Shown here piece after piece: positions 10,155 through 19,823 of a DNA stretch of 64,000 nt. Origin of the DNA: an uncultured Acidimicrobiia bacterium (lineage in GTDB: Bacteria; Actinomycetota; Acidimicrobiia; Spongiisociales; ZC4RG35); the NCBI GenBank assembly GCA_963790345.1, contig CAWBOD010000012.1, forward strand, positions 10,118 to 74,117, read 5' to 3'. The position numbers were made by a program, and so were the translations under genes. The number at the start of each line of letters is the position of its first letter. Positions within the stretch are counted from its first letter, which is position 1. Below the pieces are notes generated by a model. The model was not told where the DNA came from. It worked only from the letters and a program-made list of their open reading frames with translations, and searched no databases.

Positions 10155-13023
10155 ATGTTCGTGGACGTTCGTTTGCTCGGTCCCGTGCAGGTCGTTGATA
10201 GAACAGGCCAGATAATCGAGATCGCGGGCGAGCTGCCGAAGGCGTTGTTGGCTGTCCTCGCCCTCCAGGCGCCGACGCCGGTCAACAGCGATCGCATCGT
10301 TGATGCGCTCTGGGGCGAGGAACCACCCGATTCCCCCGAGGCCTCGTTGCACTCGACGGTCTCCCGGCTGCGCCATGCGCTGGGAAAGGACATCATCAAG
10401 CGGGTCGCCGACAGCTACCTCCTCGAGATCCCGGTGGCCAACTCGGACCTGGCCCGCTTTCGGCGCCACGTCCAGCGGGGCGTTCAGTTCAGGACCCTCG
10501 GCCACCCCGCCAAAGGCGCCGAAGCCTTTCGCCAGGCTCTCGCCCAGTGGCGCGGCATTCCCCTCTCCGACCTCCGCCGTTTCGAATTCGCCGAACAGGC
10601 CGGCCGCCGCCTGGAGGAAGAGCGGCTCGTGGCGGTGGAGGCGTTGATGGATACAGAGCTCCTCGTCGGCGACCACGCCATGGTGCTCGGAGAATTGAGC
10701 GGACTCGTCGAATCCTTCCCGTTGCGAGAGCGCTTGTGGGGGCAGTTGATTCTGGCGCTGTACCGCTCGGGCCGTCAGGCCGAGGCCCTGCGCGCCTACG
10801 CCCGGGTGAAGGAGACGCTGGCCACCGAGCTCGGAGTGGACCCGTCGCCCGAGCTCGCCGCCCTCGAGGAACGCATTCTCCTCCACGATCCGGCCCTCAC
10901 CGAATTCGCCGACCCCACTAGCGCCGATTGGCTCGACAGCCCCGAACTGATCACCTTCGCAAGCGGGGAGACCGTGGTGGAAGAGGGGGGCCCGGCCGAC
11001 GCCGTCTATTGGATCGAAGCCGGCGAAGTGGAGATCTTTCGCACCGATGCCAACGGCTCCGAGGTGCCACTTGCCCGGTTGGGAACCGGCCGCTATTTCG
11101 GCGAGCTGGCCTCGCTGCTCGGCACCGGACGCACGGCCTCGGTGCGAGCCGCCGCGCCGACCACCCTTTCGGTCCACACCGTCGAAAGCTTTCGCCGCCG
11201 CCTAGGCATTGAACGGGTTCGGCCCGAGACCGGCCCGAGTTCCGCCGACGAGGTCCGCCAACTGATCCGACAGGGCCAGTACCTGAAGGCCTATGACCTC
11301 GCCGCCGGCCAGCTCGAGTTGGGCAGCGGCGACCTCGAGCTGCGGTTATCTGGCGGTGCTCGCCCTCGCCCGGTCGGGAGCCACCATCCAGGCCCGCCGT
11401 CGCTACGACTCTTTCGGTCTCGCTTCGGTGGAACGGCGCTTCCATCGCAGCCCGTCTGGCCGAGGACATCGCCGCCCTCGATGCCCGCCTCGATAAGGAC
11501 ATCGCCCTCGCCCGTGACGGCGAGCAGCGCCGTCTATGGGCGTCGCGCTCGGCGACGAGGCTACGGCGCCGCCTTCGACCGCCACCGCTCCCCCTACCTG
11601 GCGGTGAACGCGGCCACGATGTGGCTCGTCGCCGGAGAAGAAGAGCGGGCCACCAGCCTCCGCCCGCCAGGGCCTCGACGTCCTCTCCGAAGCGAAAGCA
11701 GCAAGTTCCGAGGACCGCTACTGGTTGCTGGTCTCTGAAGCCGAAGCCGCCCTGGTGCTCGGTGACCGCCAAAGGGCCGAGGATGCCCTTGCGACGGGCC
11801 GGGCATGGGAGCGAGTCCGCTCTTGCCTCGCGGGCGACCACGCTGCGTCAGCTCAGGCTCGTCTGCGAACTCAAGGGGTTCGATCCTTCGCTGCTGGCGG
11901 CGATCGCCAACCCGACCGTGGTCCATTTCTGCGGTCATCGCATCGGCGCCCCCGGGGAAGGGAGCCGCTTTCCCGCCGAGGAGGAGCCGCGAGTGCAAGC
12001 CGAGTCTGAAGGCGGAGTTCGATCGGTTGGGGGCCGGGATCGGCTATGGCTCGCTCGCCGCCGGGGCCGACATCATGGCCGCCGAGGTCCTCCTCGACCG
12101 GGGAGCCGAACTGCATGTCACCCTTCCCTTCGATCGAGAGGAGTTTGTCCGCACCTCTGTGGCACCGGCAGGTCCCGCCTGGGTACGTCGCTTCGAACGC
12201 TGCCTCGCCTCGGCCACCGCGGTCGTTACCGCAGTCCACGGCGAGTACCTCGACGACCCGACCCTTTTCGACTTCTGCGCACGCATCGCCATGGGCGATG
12301 CCCTGGTCCGGGCTCGACAGCTCGAGGCCGACGTCTGCCAGGTAGCCGTATGGGACGGCGTCGAAACGAGCCAGACGGCCGGCACCTCGGTAGATGTTGC
12401 CCGCTGGAAGGCTGGCGGACACCCCGCCACGATCATTCCGGCCGGTGCCACGGCCGTCGCTGCCAACGGTCCCGCCGCCCCTCCCAAACGGCAGGTCCGG
12501 GCGCTACTTTTCGCCGACTTCGCCGGCTTCTCCCGCCTTTCCGACGCCCAGGTGCTGCTCTTCCAGGAGAAGGTGATGTCCGAGATCGGCCGCACCGTCG
12601 AGAAGTTCGGCGCCCACCTCCTTTCCGGACGCACTTGGGGCGATGGTCTCCATCTGGTCTTCTCCGAGGTTGGGGCGGCGGCCCAGTGTGCTCTCGATCT
12701 GCAGACCTCGATCAGCCAGATCGACTTCGAAGCCGCCGGCCTGCGCGGTTTGCGCGGGCTCCGCCTGGCCGCCCACGCCGCCCCGGTGTTCGAAGGGTGG
12801 GATCCGATCGCCGGGGGCTCGTCTCTTCTTCGGGGCGGGAGTCACGCAGACTGCCCGTATCGAACCCCGCACCCCCGAGGGTGAGGTCTACGTCACCCAT
12901 CCGTTCGCCGCTCTGGCCGCCCTCGCCGGCGACCTCTCGATCGCCTGCCAGTACGTCGGCACTCTTCCCACCGCCAAGGGTTACGGGTCATTGCCTCTCT
13001 ACGCTCTCCATCAGAAGGTGTAG
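10155..13023 (+). pseudogene. Multidomain signalling protein: SARP-type winged helix + BTAD, cNMP-binding (CAP_ED), helical TPR-like region, SLOG/LOG-like Rossmannoid region, class III nucleotide cyclase domain; about 7 frame changes (~11345, 11425, 11545, 11655, 11800, 11990, 12835)
   Basis: - SARP/BTAD: VRLLGPVQVVDRTGQIIEIAG...SDRIVDALWGEEPP...LWGQLILALYRSGRQAEALRAYARVKETLATELGVDPSPEL.
- cNMP-binding: FASGETVVEEGGPADAVYWIEAGEVEIFR...LGTGRYFGELASLLGTGRTASVRA.
- Helical segments: YLAVLALARSGATIQARRRYDSFGL, DRYWLLVSEAEAALVLGDRQRAEDAL.
- SLOG-like: VVHFCGHRIG...GYGSLAAGADIMAAEVLLDRGAELHVTLPF.
- Cyclase: ALLFADFAGFSRLS...RTWGDGLHLVF...GAGVTQTARIE.

These pieces were assembled from ORFs 9993.., 11293.., 11621.., 11725.., 11805.. 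and 12643... Confidence 0.75.
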
Positions 13024-13025
13024 TC

Positions 13026-16005
13026 ATGGCCACAGTGCAACAGGCCGAAACCGAGCCTCGGACCGGGCAAGTCCGCTTCGATGGCTTCATCTCCTACAGC
13101 CACACCGCCGACGAATTGCTTGCCCCCCGTCTGCAGGCAGCCCTCCAGACCTTCGCCAAGCCGTGGTGGAAACGGCGGGCGTTGCGGGTTTTCCGCGACC
13201 AGTCGTCACTTTCGGCCAACCCGCATCTGTGGTCGTCGATCACCGCCGCCCTCGATGCTTCCGACTGGTTCATCCTCCTCACCTCCCCGGAGGCGGCGGC
13301 CTCTACGTGGGTCGATCGGGAGGTCGCTTACTGGCGTGAGCACAAGGACCCCGAGAGGATTCTGCCGGTCCTCACCGCCGGCACCCTCACTTGGGACGAG
13401 GCCTCGGGTCGGCTCGATCCCCAACTCGTCGGTGCCCCGGTCGTTGCTCGACGCTTTTTCGGGCGAGCCCCGCTGGGTGGATCTGCGGTGGCCGGAGGAG
13501 GAAACCCAGCTCGATCTCCGCAACGGCCGCTTCCGCGACGTGGTGGCCGACATCGCCTCGTCGCTGCGCGGCATCCCCAAGGACGACCTCGAATCCGAGG
13601 AGGTCCGCCAGCACCGCCGTACCCGCCGCACGGCCTGGGGAGCGGGGATCGCCCTGGCGGTTCTCGCGGTCGCCGCCATCACCGGTGCGGTCATCGCGAT
13701 TGATCAGCGGGAGCAGGCCGAAGCCCAAAGGACATTTGCCGAAGCGGAAACGGCCCGGGCTGAGGAGGAGACCGTGCGGGCGGAGTCGGCCGAATCGCTG
13801 GCCCGTTCCCGGGAGCTGGCCGCCTCGGCAATCAACCTGCTGGATGACAATCCCGAATTGAGCATCCTCCTCGGGCTGGAGGCGATCGAGTCGACCCCGT
13901 CGGGTGCTGAGCAGCCGGTCGAAGCGATCAACGCCCTCCGCGAAGCCACCCATGCCAGCCGTCTGCGTAGCCGGGAGGTCGCCTCTCCATCGGGGGGTTT
14001 CGTGGCCCTCGATCTGTCTCCGGACGGGACCCGGCTCGCCACGGTATCCCAGGTAGACGCCAAGGTCACCGTGACCGATGTCGCCACCGGTCGGGAGATC
14101 TCCTCCTATACCGACTCGACCGTGGACCATCTCGTTTCCCTCTCCTTCTCCGTCGACGGTGAAGTGCTCGCGGTGGGGGTGGTGGACTCCGCCCGGCAGA
14201 CCTTCCACCCGGGGATGCCGCCCCGGCCGGGTTCGGAGATCCCCGACGACCTGCCACCCCGGGTCATCCTCTTGTCGGTCGAGTCCGGGGAGGTGCTGCG
14301 GACCATCGACTATCCCTCCTGTGTCGAGGCGGTACCGCTTCCAAGATTCTCCCCCGACGGAGCGTGGCTGGCAGTGGCGGGTCTTGCCGGCCCCGATTGT
14401 CGGGCGGATCAATGGGCGGTCGAATTGCTCGACGCCGTTACCTTCGAATCGGTGCACCGCTGGGAGACGACCGCCGACGCGGCGCTGACATGGAGCGCTG
14501 ACGGATCGCAGTTCTCGGTCGCCAGCGACGCCTCCTCAATGTCTGGCACCATCGTCTTCGAAGTCGCCACCCGGGAACAAGTCCTGCAGTACCCCGCTAA
14601 TAGAGGGATTCTTAGCCCGGATGGACAACTCCTGGTAGTAGATGCAGGATTTGGTCTCGGCGGCCTCGATGTGATCGAGGTGGCGACGGGGACCCGAACC
14701 GACATCCTCACCGGCTTTGATCTCTTAGTGTCAAACAGGGCCTTCACTCCCGACAGCTCCCGGCTGATTGTTGGGATAGCGGGGCATGAGGTGCTGGTCT
14801 TTGACCTGGAGTCGGGCAAGCTCGTTCATCGGCTGAGCCCTACCGGCATTCCGCTCTCGTTCGATTGCCTCGCTCAGTGCGAAACCCTGCTGCACTCGAA
14901 CGGCGATGGTGAGGTGCTCACCTGGGATCTGTCGACCACAGCTGGAGGTGAGTTCAACTCGGTCGATTCCGGCTATTTCGTAAACGCCAACTCTCTCGCC
15001 GCCGCCGGAGACACCGGTGTCTTTTTGGGTTTCTCCACTCTTCGCTTCCACCCCGATGTGGTGCCTTTTGACCGCCCTTCCGGCCAGATCAGCACAGACC
15101 GCCGTGCCACCGAGACGAACACCCCCCTACCTCTTCCCGATGGACGCATCGTGCTCCTCGAGGTGTCCGAAACCACACCCGAGTTTGGCCCGGTGGTGGC
15201 CTGGGACCCCGCCAGCGACAGCGTTGAGGAGGTGGCCGGGTGCTGGACGACCCTGGAGGCGGTCGAACGGAGTGGCTTCGGCTCTGAGCCGATCCCGTGC
15301 GCCGATCGCGAAGGCGACTACTTCTTGATGGATGGAGCACTCCTGAGCCCCGACGAGTCGAGCCTGCTGCTTACCGCTGTTGGAGAGGTGAAGGTCTTCG
15401 ATGCGCGCACCCTGGTGGAACAGACCGTGCCGGCCCTACCGGCAGGCCATAGGACCGTCCTGGCCTACGGCGGGTCCTGGCTCCTGAGCAGTGACGGACA
15501 AGTTGCGAGGGTCGTCGACCTCTCTGACGGTCGGGTGGTGGCGACCCTGCCGACCGGATCCTCCAACGCCTGGTCAGACGTATCGACCAGCGGAGATTTG
15601 GTGGCAATCTTCGAGTGGAACCCCGCAGAGCTAACGGTCTACGACACTGGCACCTGGCAGCCGATCACGTCCTTTGCTCCTGGCTCCAGTCGCGGCATCT
15701 CATTTTCCCCCGATGGCTCCAAGATCCTGACCGCCCAAAACGACGGCTACGTCCGCATCTGGGACACCCACGCCGGCAATGAACTCTTTCGGATTCCGCT
15801 ACCCGCGCCCTCCGGCGGCGTGTGGCTCGACGAGACCCACATCGTCATCGGTTCCGCCACCGGCCTCTGGACGACGATCACCCTTGACCTCGAAGAACTG
15901 AAGGACCTGGCGGTTTCCCGGCTGACGCGGGGCTTCACCGCCGAAGAATGCGAGACCTACCGCATCGACCCATGTCCCGATCTCGAAACGATCGCGAGCA
16001 GATAG
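13026..16005 (+). pseudogene. TIR domain - single TM helix - coiled-coil - WD40/TolB-like beta-propeller protein, one apparent frameshift in the C4 run at 13419-13422
   Basis: The ATG lies 2 nt after the upstream stop. The TIR_2-type N-terminus reads FDGFISYSHTADELLAPRLQAALQ...ALRVFRDQSSL...SDWFILLTSPEAAASTWVDREVAYW. The TM helix is AWGAGIALAVLAVAAITGAVIAI (~13633-13704). A charged helix AEAQRTFAEAETARAEEETVRAESAESLARS follows. There are then at least 8 blade-like repeats: LSPDGTRLATVS, FSVDGEVLAVG, FSPDGAWLAVAG, WSADGSQFSVAS, LSPDGQLLVV, FTPDSSRLIVG, FSPDGSKILTAQNDGYVRIWD. Confidence 0.85.
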
Positions 16006-16743
16006 AGCCGAATCCTGTCCCATTCTCGAGCATCTCACTGGGATGCCAAGATGGTTCCAGGAGAGGAGGTTTCCGCATTTCAGAATGCAACATTCGTAAT
16101 GCAAATCGGAGGAATTGGGTGGAGTCACTCACTTAAGTACCCGGCAAGTCTCCCAGGATCGCATGGACGCCATCGACCGTCTGCATCCCTGGGTGGCGCC
16201 AGCCACCAGCCATGTCAGCAAGAAGGCGACCCTCGTCCAAGAACGACTGATCCGAGGCAAATGAGTCCGAATCCAACCCACTTCATATCAGCACATCCTG
16301 CTCGGCATTTCCCGCCACGATTGCCGTGGGCGTTGTTTTGGGTGGAGACGATTGATCGTGCATTGCATGTGGGGCCTATGCCGGAGAGAGACGTGAAAGC
16401 CCTTCGGTGGATCCTCGCCGGTGAAACCGGCCGTTCCGCCCACGGCGTCAAGAACGTCAGCCAATCCCTTTGTAAAAGGGGGTGCTGCGGTTGCGCGCCT
16501 TGAACGAGTGCCACAGTGAAAAGCTGGTCGATAGAGAAGAACTCCACACCATCAAGGCGGGCTGAACAGATATCCCATGGGAGTCCAGTCGAGGACCTGC
16601 AGGTTGCATGGTGCCCTTTCCCGACCCCCAGTACAAGCTCGCGGTTGAATCCGAAGAAGGGTCGAACCGATCTAGCGGCCGACCGCTACCGTTAGAGCTT
16701 CGCTCGCCGCTGATACAGTCGGCGACGGTCCATGGAGTGGGCG

Positions 16744-19043
16744 ATGAGAGATCGACACTTGACACTCACCAACTGGGGCGCCTACGAGATTGAGACCGAC
16801 GGCGTCGAGATAACAGCGGTCCATCCATTCGCCAAAGACCCGGATCCTTCTCCCATCGGGCAATCGTTGAAGGCCGTCAGGGAATGCCGGGTGATGCGGC
16901 CCGCGATAAGGCAGAGCTGGTTGGACCATGGCCCTGGGGCCAAGGCCGATCAACGAGGGGCCGAGCCTTTCGTAGAAGTTGATTGGGATATGGCGATCGA
17001 TCTCGTTGGCACCGAACTTGGCCGGGTGATCTCGGTGCACGGCAACGAGGCGATCTACGGTGGCTCGTATGGGTGGGCCAGTGCTGGGCGTTTCCATCAC
17101 GCCGTGAGCCAGATCCACCGCTTTTTGGCTGTCATCGGCGGATATACCAGTTCCGCCAACACTTACAGCCTGGCTGCTGGTGAGGTCATCAGCCCACACA
17201 TAGTCGGGTTGGACGTCTTCGAGGGCCAGCCATCTTGGCGCGAGATCGCCGATAACACCCGACTCGTTGTGACGTTTGGCGGCATAGCCCTCAAAAACGC
17301 ACAGGTCAACCCGGGAGGGCATGGACGACACACCACTCGAGATTGGCTCGGGACGTGTCGCGATCGGGGTCTCGAGTTCGTCAACGTCTCGCCCTTGCGT
17401 GACGATATGGTCGAAGCTCATCGAATGCAGAATGGATACCGGCGAGGCCGAATACCGACACCGCCATCATGCTCGGCATCGCCCACAGCCTGGTCGTCGA
17501 AGGTCTCCATGACCGACCATTCATCGACCGTTACTGCGTCGGCTGGGACCAACTTGAAAAATATCTCCTCGGTTTCGAGGATGGCCAACCGAAGACAGCC
17601 GAATGGGCCGGGTCCGTCGCCGACATTGCACCGGAGCGGATCCGAGAGTTGGCCCGTCGAATGGCACATTCACGAACATTCATAAATGTCAGTTGGTCGG
17701 TGCAACGCGCACACCACGGCGAGCAGCCGTACTGGATGGCGATCGCTCTCGCCGCGATGTTAGGTCAGATCGGTCTGCCTGGAGGGGGCTACGGTTTTGG
17801 ATACGGCGCGGTAGGAACCATCGGGAGCGGGTTCGATTACCGGGCGTTACCCCGCCTCCAACGTCCCACCAATCCGGTGGCGGCCTACATTCCGGTGGCG
17901 CGTATCGCTGACATGCTGCTCTCACCGGGTGCCGAGTTCGATTACAACGGCAAGAGGTCCATTTACCCCGACATCCACCTGATCTATTGGTGCGGCGGGA
18001 ATCCATTCCACCATCATCAGGACATCAACCGCCTGTTGGTGGCATTGCAAAAGCCGGACACAATCGTTGTCCACGAGCCGTTTTGGAACTCCTTCGCCCG
18101 TCACGCCGATATCGTCCTCCCAGCCACGACGCCGCTCGAGAGAAACGACATCGGCGGTGCTCCCGATGACGATTACATCTTCTGGATGGAGCGCGTGCTC
18201 GATCCGGTTGGCGAGGCCCGCAACGACTACGACATTTTCGCGTCCCTCGCCGACCAATGTGGTCGGGGGGAGCAATTCACTGAGGGGCGATCAGCAGACG
18301 AGTGGATTCGATATCTCTACGACCGATTCCAAGCCGAGAACGAGCGCTACCCGGAGTTCGCGGAGCTTCGGGCTCACGGCTACTTCCAGACTCCGGACGA
18401 TATCGCCGCGCGTTCCGAAAATCCCTTCGCCGTCTTCCGCCGCGATCCCGAGAATCATCCCCTTGGCACGCCCTCGGGCCGGATCGAGCTCTACTCGGAA
18501 ACGATCGCGAGTTTTGGCTACGACGACTGTCCGGGGCACCCCACTTGGATGGAGCCATACGAGTGGTTGGGGACATCCGATCTCGGTAGTCGGCTCCATC
18601 TGATCTCAAACCAGCCGACTACGCGGCTCCACTCTCAGTGGGATCATGGTGAGACGAGCCTCAACGCCAAGGTGGCAGGCCGCGAACCAATTCGTATTCA
18701 CCCCAGCGACGCCGACAGCCGCGGCATTTCTACAGGCGACATCGTCCGAGTCTTCAACGATAGGGGTGCCTGCCAGGCCGGCGCCGTGGTGACGAATGCG
18801 GTCAGGCCGGGAGTCGTGCAACTATCGACCGGTGCCTGGTACGACCCTGAGGAGCCGGGCCGAGTGGGCACCCTCTGCAGGCATGGCAACCCGAACGTTC
18901 TCACGCGAGACATGGGCACCTCCCGGCTGGCCCAGGGGCCAACCGCCCAGACGTGTCTCGTCAACGTCGAGCGCTACGACGGGCAGCTCGAACCGGTCGG
19001 TGTGTTCACACTCCCACGCTTCACGACGTCCGACAACCTATAA
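16744..19043 (+). pseudogene. Molybdopterin-dependent oxidoreductase of the biotin sulfoxide/TMAO/DMSO reductase (BisC/TorZ) type, no Tat signal, one apparent frameshift ~17420
   Basis: The first part reads MRDRHLTLTNWGAYEIETDG...IYGGSYGWASAGRFHHAVSQIHRFL...TFGGIALKNAQVNPGG. The next frame gives AEWIPARPNTDTAIMLGIAHSLVVEG...IYWCGGNPFHHHQD...HSQWDHGE...NPNVLTRDMGTSRLAQGPTAQTCLVNVE. Confidence 0.85.
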
Positions 19044-19388
19044 CCGCCGACCTCGTGACTAAAAGGACACTCGGTCCTACGGTAACGAAAGGGTCATCGT
19101 TTGAGCGGAGCCAACTGACAAAGGTTGGTCAGAGAGCTTGCGACTTATGACCGGCCGCTTGTTCGTGCGCCACAATCGCTCGCATCGGGCAGCTTCGTTG
19201 GAGTTGACATCGAGAGTCGCTCGACAACTACAATCGATTGCAGTGTCCCGCGGCCATTGGGTGCAACCGTCAGGACTTCGGGCCAACCTCAAGGAATGTG
19301 CCCGCGTCGCGGGGCCGCTTCAATGGCTCGGTTTGGCTTGAGAACCACGGTCAGGGTCGGAGCCTCGACAAGGACACAGGGAGAGACT

Positions 19389-19823
19389 ATGTCGGGTCAC
19401 ATCGAGTTGGTTCACACCGAAGACAACTCTCCGCAGTTCAACATGCCTTACACGCCAGCCGTCAAAGTCCGGTCGGGGAAGACGATGTACCTGGCCGGGG
19501 TCACGGCGGCTCCGGTCTATCACAGCCATCCGCACGACCCGGCAGAGTTCGCAACTATCCCTGTGGATGCACAACGTCAGGCTGAGATGTGCATGGAGAA
19601 CCTGGCGGCGGTCCTCAAGGCTGGCGGTGCACGCTTGACCGACGTCGTTGACCTGACCAGATACATCGTCAACCTTGAAGCCAACCAAGACGCGATCAAC
19701 CTCGTAATGGGGCTTTACCTTGGGGCTCACCGGCCAGCAACGACCACGGTGGAGGTCGTGCGCCTCGCTACCGATCCCAGACTGGTGCTCGAGCTGCGAG
19801 CGGTCGCGGTGACGCCGGAGTGA
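19389..19823 (+). CDS. RidA/YjgF/L-PSP family protein
   Basis: MSGHIELV...MYLAGVTA...QAEMCMENLAAVLKAGGARLTDVVDLTRYIV...PATTTVEVVRL. The ATG at 19389 follows GGGAGAG. The stop overlaps the next start (GTGA). Confidence 0.8.
   Translation: MSGHIELVHTEDNSPQFNMPYTPAVKVRSGKTMYLAGVTAAPVYHSHPHDPAEFATIPVDAQRQAEMCMENLAAVLKAGGARLTDVVDLTRYIVNLEANQDAINLVMGLYLGAHRPATTTVEVVRLATDPRLVLELRAVAVTPE

Noticed and set aside
10062-11177. Long antisense ORFs opposite real genes. This entry covers 10062..11177. Others are 3006..4028, 13387..14457, 33770..34798, 37166..38695, 48461..49384 and 50421..51584.
   Set aside because: These are shadow ORFs expected in high-GC DNA, where stop codons are rare. They have no family motifs, show biased R/G/P/A composition, and each lies opposite a strongly supported gene.
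11621-13339. 572-aa Arg/Pro-rich ORF spanning the end of the SARP-cyclase gene and the start of the TIR gene
   Set aside because: Apart from a short in-frame stretch (~11800-11990), its composition (RRRRRAGHQPPPARAST..., long runs of R/P/G/S) is typical of an off-frame read through GC-rich coding DNA. The other frames give recognisable domains.
16640-16700. tRNA-like GGTTCGACC T-loop motif on the minus strand
   Set aside because: The flanking bases do not form a T stem, and no acceptor, D or anticodon arms can be drawn.
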